Shown piece by piece: positions 18,234 to 26,933 of a stretch of 54,780 bases of DNA. The notes beneath the pieces were generated by a model. The model saw only the letters and a program-made list of their open reading frames with translations. It did no database searches and was not told where the DNA came from. Location of the stretch: the NCBI GenBank assembly GCA_041946805.1, contig JBHGBC010000018.1, positions 1 to 54,780 of the forward strand, written 5' to 3'. The number at the start of each line of letters is the position of its first letter. Position 1 is the stretch's first letter. Source of the DNA: a bacterium (GTDB lineage Bacteria; Hinthialibacterota; Hinthialibacteria; Hinthialibacterales; Hinthialibacteraceae). Made by a program: the position numbers and the translations under genes.

Positions 18234-19588
18234 GCCTTGTGTTGGCCGTGGATGTGGGCACGACCAAGATGAAATCCGCCGTGGTGGAGGACGGCCGCCG
18301 GGTCCTGGCGTCCGCCGAACAGGCCTATCCCATCAACATCCGCGCGGGAGGGCAGCGCGACATCGACACGGACCACTGGTGGAACGCCTTTCTGGACTGC
18401 TGCGGGCGGCTGAAGCCGCTCACCGCCGATGTGCAAGCGGTGGGGCTGTCGGTTTCGACACCCGGCGCCACCGCCTTCGGGCCGGAGGGGGAGGCGCTCA
18501 CCCCGGCGGTGCTCTTTCTCGACGGGCGCAGCGGGCGGCAGGCCCAGCGCATCCGCGACCTCATCGGCGAGGACGAACTGCTCGAACAGACCGGCAACCT
18601 GCCCGCCTCGGGCGGCTGCACCGCCGCCACCCTGCTTTGGTGGCGGGATGAAATGACCGAACTCTTCGCGCGGGCCGCGATGTTCGGCCACACGAACACC
18701 TTGTTCGGCAAACGGCTGACCGGCAACTGGGGAATGGACCCGTCCACCGCCTCGCTCACCGCGCTGTACAACACCACCCGCAACGGCGGAACTTGGATCG
18801 AATCCATCGCCGGGCGGCTGGGCATCCCCGCGCGTAAATTGCCTCCCATCATCAACAGTTGGGAACCGGTGGGCGGACTGCTGCCCCGCTGGGCGGACCG
18901 CACGGGCCTGCCGCCGGGAACGCCGGTCCTCATGGGGGGCAACGACGCCATGTGCGCGGCTCTGCACGGGGGCGTCATCCGCGAGGGGGCGGTGCTGGAC
19001 ATTTGCGGGACGTGCGAAATCATCAGCGTGGGCCTCGCCCGCGCCCTCCCCGGGAGGAACTACAACCTCCGGTGTCATGTCATTCCCGACCTGTGGGCGA
19101 CATTGTACGTGCTCAACACCGGCGGCAAGGCGCTGGAATGGTTTCACGAAAATTTCTGCCGGGAGATGACCGCGGACGAGTTTTTCCTGGACTACGTTCC
19201 CCGGGTGATCGAAACCTATTTTCAGGACGAAGGCCGGGATTTGCCCGATTACGAAGTCTTCCTGGCGGGCGACCGCTACAGCACGGCGGACCGCCGCGCC
19301 GCCTTTTCCCGGATCACCCTGGAGACCCGCCGCGAGGACCTGCTGCTGGCCCTGATCCGGGGCAACAACGCATACATGGCGCGCCATCTGCGGGAAATGG
19401 CACAGAAGATCCAGTTGTCGAAGACCATCCATCTCACCGGCGGCGGGCTTACGGAAGCTTTTTTACGGTGCAAGCGCCGCTGGATGGGCGAGTACCAATA
19501 CGTGCGGCGGGACAATTCCTCGATGCTGGGCGCGGCGCAGCTGGGGCATTACTTTTTGACGGGGGAGGCGGCGTGGGGGGAGAAGTAA
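18230..19588 (+). CDS. FGGY family carbohydrate kinase (xylulokinase-like)
   Basis: LAVDVGTTKMK, DGRS, MDPSTAS, GGND, GT, TGGG; ATGA overlap with the aldolase stop. Confidence 0.9.
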   Translation: MSLVLAVDVGTTKMKSAVVEDGRRVLASAEQAYPINIRAGGQRDIDTDHWWNAFLDCCGRLKPLTADVQAVGLSVSTPGATAFGPEGEALTPAVLFLDGRSGRQAQRIRDLIGEDELLEQTGNLPASGGCTAATLLWWRDEMTELFARAAMFGHTNTLFGKRLTGNWGMDPSTASLTALYNTTRNGGTWIESIAGRLGIPARKLPPIINSWEPVGGLLPRWADRTGLPPGTPVLMGGNDAMCAALHGGVIREGAVLDICGTCEIISVGLARALPGRNYNLRCHVIPDLWATLYVLNTGGKALEWFHENFCREMTADEFFLDYVPRVIETYFQDEGRDLPDYEVFLAGDRYSTADRRAAFSRITLETRREDLLLALIRGNNAYMARHLREMAQKIQLSKTIHLTGGGLTEAFLRCKRRWMGEYQYVRRDNSSMLGAAQLGHYFLTGEAAWGEK

Positions 19589-19685
19589 AGCAGGATATCA
19601 TGTATACTATTTTACATATAAACTATTTTAGTTCTTCCGGTAAGCTCGGACTTGCAGGTGAAAGGTAATCCATCCCCTTGAAGGC

Positions 19686-19797
19686 AGGGGCGGGCGCCAA
19701 AGCCCACCCCTACGGACATGGCCTCACCCTGGCCCTCTCCCAGGGGAAGTGGTGATTTCATGAGTAGTTCTCATGGACCACCTCGAAGAAGAGGGAA
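19686..19797 (+). repeat. Repeat family C (GGGGCGGGC...GCCCACCCCTAC) followed by an interrupted family A copy
   Basis: CCTCACCCTGGCCCTCTCCCAGGGG at 19722-19746, a ~43-nt insert, then AGAGGGAA at 19790. Confidence 0.7.
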
Positions 19798-19856
19798 TCG
19801 GCCGTTTAAATAAGTACACACTTGCCGGACAAGCCCAATTTTAGAGTTTCTATCTA

Positions 19857-20057
19857 TTAAACCGTCTCATATTGCAGGGAACGCAGATTGACAGGATTGC
19901 TGCGTTTGGATAGATGAAGGATCTCGATCCCGACGACCTCGTTTTGCTCGTTGAAATCCAGTATCACTCCCGGTGACACTTCTTCCGAGTCGATCACCTT
20001 GGACTCATCGATCCGGAAATATAATGCATCTGTCTTTTCGTCGATTTTCAATCTCAT
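19857..20057 (-). CDS. DUF2283 domain protein (putative antitoxin)
   Basis: DEKTDALYFRI...SEEVSPGVILDFNEQNEVVGIEIL signature. Confidence 0.9.
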   Translation of the reverse strand: MRLKIDEKTDALYFRIDESKVIDSEEVSPGVILDFNEQNEVVGIEILHLSKRSNPVNLRSLQYETV

Positions 20058-20305
20058 AATGCGCCTCTCATTTTCCGGTCAAAAAATGCCGTGATGATCA
20101 GGGCGGGTTCAACACTTTGCTTCAGCACTACCCGCAACACCCGGTTACCGCATTCGGGTATCCGGCTCAAACGATGTTCCAATTCCGGATTTTCCCGGTC
20201 TGGTTCAATGCGTTCTGGGCGGCCCACAACTCGTTCCAGATATTCTATCGGGATTTTGCGTTCCTGAATTACATTTTTGGCATGTTTGCTCAGCGAGTAA
20301 TTCAT
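20054..20305 (-). CDS. DUF4258 domain protein (putative RelE-like toxin)
   Basis: LSKHAKNVIQERKI...RVLRVV...IITAFFDRK; overlaps the DUF2283 gene start by 4 nt. Confidence 0.85.
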   Translation of the reverse strand: MNYSLSKHAKNVIQERKIPIEYLERVVGRPERIEPDRENPELEHRLSRIPECGNRVLRVVLKQSVEPALIITAFFDRKMRGAL

Positions 20306-20650
20306 GGCCAATGGATCCCTGCGTCCGAGCTTTCCCGAAAATCGACAGATGGCTGCAAATAAGAAGATGATACCCTAATCAATCCATATTACGGTTATAT
20401 TCCTCTCGAAAAGAATTGATTGGTAGTTTTCGTTTTCCCTGAGGTTGCGCTCCCTCGCCATGTGCGGTATATCCGTTCCTTGTCCACACCAAGGCCTGCT
20501 TCTGGGCGCGGTACTTTGACAGGATTTCTTTATGACGATGTAGGAAGGATCGGGCCCAATCATTAATCCTCGTACCCGACCCGCTCAAACCATAAATCGT
20601 GAACTCCATTCCGGCGGAGGGGCCGCTCCATCCTGCCTTTCCTGGGGCCT

Positions 20651-21874
20651 CTACTCCAACATCACATAGAGCGGGTCCTGCGAGACGGGGAGCACGGCGC
20701 GGCCGTTTTCCATGGATAACGCCACGTTCTCTCCCAGCATCGTCACGGCCTGTGGCTTCACCTTCACCCCCTCCAGCGTCACGGAGCGCGGATCGCCGGT
20801 GGTCCAGATAACCAGCACCCGCTTCGTTCCGTCGCTGAACACGGCCCGGTAATCCTGTTTTTCGTTATCCACCGACGAACGGGTGAGTTTCATGCCTTGC
20901 AGTTCCCGCATGAACACTTGCGCCGCCTTGTACGTTTCCTTGGGCGTATAGTCTTGCTTCACCGTCCCGAAATTGTGTTCCCGTTCGGCGGGATCGGGCC
21001 CGTCGTCATGCCAGTCGTACCAGATGCTCAGCCGCGCTCCGGCCATGAAGTTGGTCAGGAATTGCCGCACGATGAACTGCGCCTGGCGGTGTTCGTCCAC
21101 GTTCAGTTTTTTGTAAGGATGCACCGAATAGCCCCACTCGCCCGACACGATGGGCATTTCGGCTCCGCGCTCGTAATTTTTCATCAAGTCCCGCAGCGCC
21201 TGGTATTCCTCCAAGGCCGTTTCCGGGGGCTGCTCGCGGTAGGGATGCACGCTGACCGCGTCGATCCATTTCAACAAGCCCCGGTCAAAACAGGCCTTCA
21301 AAAAATCCATGGGAATCTGCGACGTGGCGGGGGCCAGGATCGTGCACTCGGGATCCGGTTGACGCATGGCCTTGGCCGTTTCTTCCACCAGTTGGACATA
21401 AGCCTCCGCGCTGGGCTGTTCTTTCCAGAACTGTTCGATGTTCGGTTCGTTCCAGATCTCCCACAACACCCGGTCCTTTCCGATGGCCTTCAACGCTTCC
21501 ACCGCGAAACGGGCGAACGCCTGGCGTCCCTCCGCCGTGAGCACGCTGCGCGAACTCTCGTACAACGGATTGCTGTAATCCAGGATGTAGAGGGGCATCA
21601 TGCCCCGTTTCCCCAAGGCCTGCGTCAGCCGCTTGTATCCTTCAAAGTCGTATTTCCCTTTCTCTTTCTCGACCGCCGCCCAGCCGAAGTCCATCCGGAC
21701 CAGGCCGAAGCCCGCCGCGCGGATCTGGTCCAGCTCTTCGCCCCGCGGTTCCACGAAATGAATGTTCACCCCTAAACAATCTGGAACCTGGAACGCGGGC
21801 AGCGCCTTCTCCGAGGCCGCGGCCGCCACCGCCATCCAGCCCGCCATGAATAACACCAGTCCGGTTTTTCGCAT
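20651..21874 (-). CDS. Secreted clan-A glycoside hydrolase (GH5/GH39-like)
   Basis: Signal peptide; GVNIHF, VRMDFGW, WEIWNEPN (acid/base), AVSVHPY, IVSGEWGY (nucleophile), EHNFG. Confidence 0.88.
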   Translation of the reverse strand: MRKTGLVLFMAGWMAVAAAASEKALPAFQVPDCLGVNIHFVEPRGEELDQIRAAGFGLVRMDFGWAAVEKEKGKYDFEGYKRLTQALGKRGMMPLYILDYSNPLYESSRSVLTAEGRQAFARFAVEALKAIGKDRVLWEIWNEPNIEQFWKEQPSAEAYVQLVEETAKAMRQPDPECTILAPATSQIPMDFLKACFDRGLLKWIDAVSVHPYREQPPETALEEYQALRDLMKNYERGAEMPIVSGEWGYSVHPYKKLNVDEHRQAQFIVRQFLTNFMAGARLSIWYDWHDDGPDPAEREHNFGTVKQDYTPKETYKAAQVFMRELQGMKLTRSSVDNEKQDYRAVFSDGTKRVLVIWTTGDPRSVTLEGVKVKPQAVTMLGENVALSMENGRAVLPVSQDPLYVMLE

Positions 21875-22070
21875 GGTGATCTCCTTCACGCATTGTCCCG
21901 GCCGCAATCAAGCCACGGCCGGGTGTTTCTTCTGGATGTATCATGATAAACAAGAGAAAGCGCCTGGGGGAGGCGGATGGGGAGGCGAAGTTGGATTGGA
22001 AGCCGGGATTGAGTTCGATCCGAATCGCCATGGTTCCCCATTTTCCAAAAAATATTATGATGGATTCACC

Positions 22071-23417
22071 ATGCCGGATGAAAACGTTACCCGTCCACAC
22101 AATCCGGCCTGGCGCGTCTGCCGGATCGAGCAGTTCGACGCCCAGGGCCGCGGAACCGGCCCCACCGATACCGGTGGGCGGCTTGCCATTCCTTTTACCA
22201 TTCCGGGAGAAGGAGTCGAAGCGGAGAAACTCCGGCGGAAGGAAGGCCGGCTGCGGCGAATTTTAGAGCCTTCTCCGGCCCGGACCGAACCGGCCTGCCG
22301 GCATTTCGGCGCGTGTGGAGGCTGCGCCTGGCAACATATCGCCTACGAGAATCAACTCCAGTTCAAACTTGAAAAATTCCGTGACCGGATGGCGGCCTTG
22401 AAGTTGAAGCCCGAGGAGGAATCCCTCGGCATCGTGCCCTCCCCGCCGTATGGATACCGTAACCGCATGGATTTCATCTGGTGGCACGACGGGCGCTTCG
22501 GTCTGCGCGAACGGGGCAAATGGTACTCGGTGACCGATCTGCGCGAATGCCATCTGCTGCCCAGAGAAGTGATGCAAACGGCGTTCGAGGTGAACCGCCG
22601 CGCCCACGCCCTCGGCCTCCCGTTCCGGGACACCAAACGGCATACGCCGGGCCTGCGCTACCTCGTCGTCCGCCGGGGAGTCTTCACCGGCGATCTCTTG
22701 CTGAACCTCGTCAGCGATCCCATGGAACTGCCCGCGTCCCTCTGGGAGAATCTGCCGGGGGTGACCGGCGTGTACCAATTGGTGAACGACAACCTGGAAA
22801 ACGATCTCTCCGATGGAGTACCGGTGCATCTGGCGGGGGAAAAAGCGTACACCGAACGGATCCTGGGACACACCTTCCGGGTGGGGCCGCGCTCCTTCTT
22901 CCAGCCCAATCCGGCCGTGGCCGAGGTGATGGCGGCATCCGTCCGGGGCCTCGTGTCACAGCGGGAACCGCGCGGGGGGCTCATCGATTTGTATTGCGGC
23001 ATCGGGCTGTTTTCCGTGTGCCTGGCGGACCAGTTCGAACACGTCACCGGAGTGGAGAACAACCCCGACGCCTTGCATTGGGCCGGACTCAACGCCGGCG
23101 GACTCCCCATTTCCTTCGCGGCCGCGGACGCGGAAGCCTGGCTGGCCGAGCCGCGCGGGGGATTTGACACCCTGTTGGTGGATCCGCCCCGCACCGGGCT
23201 GCCGTCCCGGGTGATTCAATCCCTCCTCGGGCAATCGTTCCGCCACATCGTGTATGTCTCGTGCAATCCCGCGCGGGGACTCGAAAATCTGGCAGCCCTC
23301 AGCGGACACTACCGCCTGCTCACCATGCGCTTGTTCGACCAATTCCCGCAAACCCCGCACGTGGAGATGATCGCGGGGATGGAAAGGAGGGAATCCTCGA
23401 GCGCCGGAAGCGCATAA
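22071..23417 (+). CDS. rlmD: RNA (uracil-5-)-methyltransferase, RlmD/RumA family
   Basis: CRHFGACGGC...ECHL 4Fe-4S ligands, YGYRNR, SFFQPN, IDLYCGIG, DPPRTG, YVSCNP, DQFPQTPHVE. Confidence 0.88.
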   Translation: MPDENVTRPHNPAWRVCRIEQFDAQGRGTGPTDTGGRLAIPFTIPGEGVEAEKLRRKEGRLRRILEPSPARTEPACRHFGACGGCAWQHIAYENQLQFKLEKFRDRMAALKLKPEEESLGIVPSPPYGYRNRMDFIWWHDGRFGLRERGKWYSVTDLRECHLLPREVMQTAFEVNRRAHALGLPFRDTKRHTPGLRYLVVRRGVFTGDLLLNLVSDPMELPASLWENLPGVTGVYQLVNDNLENDLSDGVPVHLAGEKAYTERILGHTFRVGPRSFFQPNPAVAEVMAASVRGLVSQREPRGGLIDLYCGIGLFSVCLADQFEHVTGVENNPDALHWAGLNAGGLPISFAAADAEAWLAEPRGGFDTLLVDPPRTGLPSRVIQSLLGQSFRHIVYVSCNPARGLENLAALSGHYRLLTMRLFDQFPQTPHVEMIAGMERRESSSAGSA

Positions 23418-23551
23418 AAATCCAGGTTCATCCGACAAGTGCGTACCCGCTGGAGAAGAAGGCATTCTATCCACTCGATGAAATTCGGGCGGAATTCATC
23501 CTTTTCCTTCCATTGAGTAAACAGTTACGCCGTCCATACCTTCAAAGAGGA

Positions 23552-23776
23552 TTAAAGCAGTTTCATGAGGTCCTCTTCGCTCACCTCAATCTGCTTGAGA
23601 ATTTCACGCAAAACGTACCGGGAAAGATCGCCGGAATGGATGGGGACCGAGGTGTTTCGGCCATCGGGATGGTGAAAAAAAGCATGACTGCCCTTCTGCC
23701 GGATCAAGGAAAAACCGATTTTTTCCAGGATACGGACCAATTCGATGGCTTTCAGGCTGGGAAGGCGCTCGCTCAT
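23552..23776 (-). CDS. hicA: HicA family toxin
   Basis: LVRILEKIGFSLIRQKGSHAFFHHPDGRNTSVPIH...LREILKQ (GSH motif). Confidence 0.93.
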   Translation of the reverse strand: MSERLPSLKAIELVRILEKIGFSLIRQKGSHAFFHHPDGRNTSVPIHSGDLSRYVLREILKQIEVSEEDLMKLL

Positions 23777-24033
23777 ACCGGGGAGAAGCTTACCGTCAGG
23801 GCTTTCGTCATGCTGACCGGAGCGGGGTGTTCTTCCAAGGGAATTTCTTCGCCAAGGGCCTGGAGGCCTTCCAGGTAGCACTCCACCGCTTCCTGAATGT
23901 TGTGTTCGGCTTCTTCCAGGTTGCCGCCATAGGAGACACACCCGCGCAGGGCGGGCACCGTGGCAATGATGACACCATCCGGAGCCTGCTCAAAATGGAC
24001 TGTGTAGTGGTAGGTTTTTTGGTTCATGGCCAT
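23773..24033 (-). CDS. hicB: HicB family antitoxin (short form)
   Basis: VPALRGCVSYGGNLEEAEHNIQEAVECYLE...GEEIP; ATGA overlap with hicA. Confidence 0.93.
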   Translation of the reverse strand: MAMNQKTYHYTVHFEQAPDGVIIATVPALRGCVSYGGNLEEAEHNIQEAVECYLEGLQALGEEIPLEEHPAPVSMTKALTVSFSPV

Positions 24034-24059
24034 CGTATACGCTTAAATCCTTCGCAAGG

Positions 24060-24091
24060 ATCAGCTTAGCTGATTCCCAGAGAAAAGTCAA
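24060..24091 (-). promoter_or_regulatory. hicBA promoter TTGACT-N17-TAAGCT with palindrome ATCAGC-TAA-GCTGAT over the -10
   Basis: Read directly; -35 at 24086-24091, -10 at 24063-24068, palindrome at 24060-24074. Confidence 0.7.
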
Positions 24092-24207
24092 ATGAAAAGC
24101 CTCCAAATGGCCGACTCAAAAACTGGTCTTCATGGATTTATAGGGTGGAGATTTTTCAAAAACTACCTGTTTTAGTAACCTTTTACACCTTTAGAGAAGA
24201 TGTATGA

Positions 24208-24334
24208 ATTCCACCTTTCTGGGCTTCCCTCACCCTGCCCCTCGCCCCGGGGGGAGAGGGAAATAACCTTTTGTCATAATTTTCCCTGGGCTTACGCCCT
24301 GGGCTATGCTCATATCGCGCCGTTGGCGCTGAAA
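24208..24334 (+). repeat. Composite module A+B (~125 bp) ending CGCGCCGTTGGCGCT
   Basis: Colinear with 31983-32105 (minus strand) and 48354-48460. Confidence 0.85.
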
Positions 24335-24438
24335 AGCAATACTGTAAACCAGTAACCCTGTTTTTTTTATCGTATCGTGATCGAGAGAACCGGCCAGAAA
24401 TGATCCGGGCGATTGAACACATGCCCCCTGGGAGGCGA

Positions 24439-26253
24439 TCATCCCCCACCCGCTTTTTCTCCCAGCCGCTCACGGTGCGTGATGGCGAACTTTTCGATAA
24501 TCGGGCGGTTTTCGGGGGTGTCGCGCAGGTAGATGACATACCCGGTGTTGTTGTCGAAGACCAGGTACCATCCCATGAAGTTCTCCCGTAAAGTCTGGTC
24601 GAAGATGATCTCCTTCCAGGTGATCACGAAATTCACCTGGTACTGATCCAACACGTATTGCCAGTACGGTTTATTGCCTTGGAACCAATCCCGGATTTCC
24701 GGAAATTTGCCGCTGAGCACGCCGGCCTGGATGTCCGCGCGGGTTTTCATGTCCTTGAAATCCCACCATTCCCCCTTTTCGTCATACGCCCCCAGGGGAA
24801 TCTCGCGCAGGTAGAACACCGCCAGCTCTTCCTTGGCGTAGCGGCTGCCCCACAGGTCGTAGCGGCTGTCGGTGAAGATCTTCATGACCTCCGGCGACAT
24901 GCGGAAAATCAGGTACCCCGCGAAATTGTCATGGTTGAACATGGGGCCTTTCAGGTACCGGAGAATGAAGTTGGCGGCGTCCACGGGGTAACGGTCCCGG
25001 ACATACCCGTCCTGTCGCAGCGCGGGAAAATCGCGGGAATTCCGGTCCCAGATCTTGTACGGGCGCAGGCCGAACAGATAAGCCACGGCCACAAAGACCA
25101 CGATGACATCCACGTGGCGGTTCAGGCCCCATTTGATCATCCCGCAGAGGCGCCCCCAAAATCCGGTCAACACCGCGCCGCCCCGGTCCGTGGGTATCAA
25201 GGCCCGGCGTTCCTCGGCCAGGGCGCTCATCAAGGGGGGGACAGCCACCAGGGCGAAGAGGGGGATGTGCCGCATGTAATTCAGCGCCTGATGCCCGAAA
25301 AAAATGACCGCCAGCCCCTCGTAAACCCAAATGGAACCCGCACGCAGCATGGGCAGCATGAACAGGCCCAGCACGATCAACTCAAATTCCGTGGTGTAGT
25401 GAAAGTTGGGCGGCTGCAATTCGCCGATATGCTCCACCAACCACCAATCCCCCGTGACCTTGAAGGGCAGCAGGTGGACCTCATACCCCCAGGGATTGAT
25501 CAGCGAGGCCAGAATCACCGCCGCCAGCATCAGGCTGGCCCGGATCAACCGGCGGAAGGAGGGCGCGGTGGGATTTTCCCGCATCCAGGTGATCAGGCAA
25601 AACCAGAGCTCACTGAGCCACCAGAAAAAGAACAGCAGCAGGCCGATCACCGCGCCGCCATGCAGGTTGATCCAGAGCATCTCGCCCGCCACCGCCGCCG
25701 CGAACGACCACCAGAAATACTCGTCCAGCTGCAGCGAGAGGATTAGGTGCAGAAAAATGACCACGAAGAGGTAACTGAAAACCGGGGGCCGCAGATCGAG
25801 CGACGTCTGGCACGCGAAGAGTGTCAATAGCGATCCCAGGCAGGCCATCTTCCACCCCACGCCGTTGCGGTGCATGTACAGCATCAGCAGGGCGATGGTG
25901 AGGGTGAACACCACGGATTTGAAGACAATCGCCCCTTGCAGGCCCCCCAGTTGATAAAACGCATAGATCAGCAGGGTCGACAACCATTCATGATTCACCC
26001 AGGGCGTCTGGTCCCCGGTATAGGTAAAGACATCGTACGGCGGGAGATGAAAACCGTTGTCCTGGAAATAACTCCATAGATACTCGCCGGTTTTGACATG
26101 CCACCAGCAGTCGTTGCTACCCCGGATGGGATACAGGGCCGCCCAAAACGCCCCCACCAGCGTCAGGACGATCATGAGGCCCGTCAACGCGCGCAGGCTC
26201 GGGGAGGATTCATCCGGGCACAAAGAAAAAGCAAACGATTTCATACCTGCCAT
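24439..26253 (-). CDS. Polytopic membrane protein, GT-C-like glycosyltransferase candidate
   Basis: About 11-13 TM segments; NDCWWHVKTG in the first external loop, WVNHEWL, RPPVFS, WINLHGG, INPWG, FTDSRYDLW in a soluble C-domain. Confidence 0.65.
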   Translation of the reverse strand: MAGMKSFAFSLCPDESSPSLRALTGLMIVLTLVGAFWAALYPIRGSNDCWWHVKTGEYLWSYFQDNGFHLPPYDVFTYTGDQTPWVNHEWLSTLLIYAFYQLGGLQGAIVFKSVVFTLTIALLMLYMHRNGVGWKMACLGSLLTLFACQTSLDLRPPVFSYLFVVIFLHLILSLQLDEYFWWSFAAAVAGEMLWINLHGGAVIGLLLFFFWWLSELWFCLITWMRENPTAPSFRRLIRASLMLAAVILASLINPWGYEVHLLPFKVTGDWWLVEHIGELQPPNFHYTTEFELIVLGLFMLPMLRAGSIWVYEGLAVIFFGHQALNYMRHIPLFALVAVPPLMSALAEERRALIPTDRGGAVLTGFWGRLCGMIKWGLNRHVDVIVVFVAVAYLFGLRPYKIWDRNSRDFPALRQDGYVRDRYPVDAANFILRYLKGPMFNHDNFAGYLIFRMSPEVMKIFTDSRYDLWGSRYAKEELAVFYLREIPLGAYDEKGEWWDFKDMKTRADIQAGVLSGKFPEIRDWFQGNKPYWQYVLDQYQVNFVITWKEIIFDQTLRENFMGWYLVFDNNTGYVIYLRDTPENRPIIEKFAITHRERLGEKAGGG

Positions 26254-26372
26254 ATCCGCCTAGAAGTGATGTTGGATGGGAATCCACCGGGCAACGGCAA
26301 GGATCAGGCCGTACGGCGTCCGAGTCTTCGGGCAATCCCTTCATCCCGCCCAGCGGCCCTGAGTTTCGCAGC

Positions 26373-26401
26373 AATATAAACCCATTTCGGCGGGGATACA
26401 A
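26373..26401 (-). promoter_or_regulatory. sigma70-type promoter TTGTAT-N17-TATATT
   Basis: Read on the minus strand about 120 nt upstream of the 26253 start. Confidence 0.6.
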
Positions 26402-26582
26402 TCGGCGTCTCCCGGCCCCCGCCACGCCGCCCGGGACGGTCCGGGAGAGGCCGGTGATCTTTCGGTGCATGAAGGGATTGCAAAAAACCTTCCACTCTTT
26501 TTTTATAATTCATACACACAATCGATACATTTGGAGAGATTGCTTGATTTTAGGTATGCTAAGCAAAATTATAGTGTAAATA

Positions 26583-26611
26583 TTGACGTGACTTTTCCCC
26601 TATTCTACAAT
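26583..26611 (+). promoter_or_regulatory. sigma70 promoter TTGACG-N17-TACAAT
   Basis: Near-consensus, 35 nt upstream of the GTG at 26647, with SD AGGGGGAG between. Confidence 0.8.
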
Positions 26612-26646
26612 TCAACTCGATCATCACGCACAGGGGGAGAAAAACC

Positions 26647-26910
26647 GTGTCTGACCGGAAACACTCTGACATGGAAAAAACGGCGGGGAACGTCAAAACG
26701 GATAAAACCGCCCCGGACGATTACACGGCCCAAATGGACCGGATGGTCGCCAACCTGAAAAAACAAAGCGAACTCGACCGGCAACAACGGCTGAAGCTGA
26801 CCGTGATCTGGTTCTGCATCGCCACGGTCATCACCATCGTCACGATTTACTTGATGCTAACCCTCACCTCGAGCACCTTCGAGGACGCGTTCCGCTTCCT
26901 GCAAAGATAA
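26647..26910 (+). CDS. Small single-pass membrane protein
   Basis: Promoter and SD present; charged N-terminus, then a TM helix (LTVIWFCIATVITIVTIYLMLTL). Confidence 0.75.
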   Translation: MSDRKHSDMEKTAGNVKTDKTAPDDYTAQMDRMVANLKKQSELDRQQRLKLTVIWFCIATVITIVTIYLMLTLTSSTFEDAFRFLQR

Positions 26911-26933
26911 GATGAATAATTCCACACGGCTTG

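Noticed and set aside
20375..20609. Short ORFs upstream of the DUF4258 gene
   Set aside because: No recognisable motif or SD; may be decayed sequence but cannot be supported
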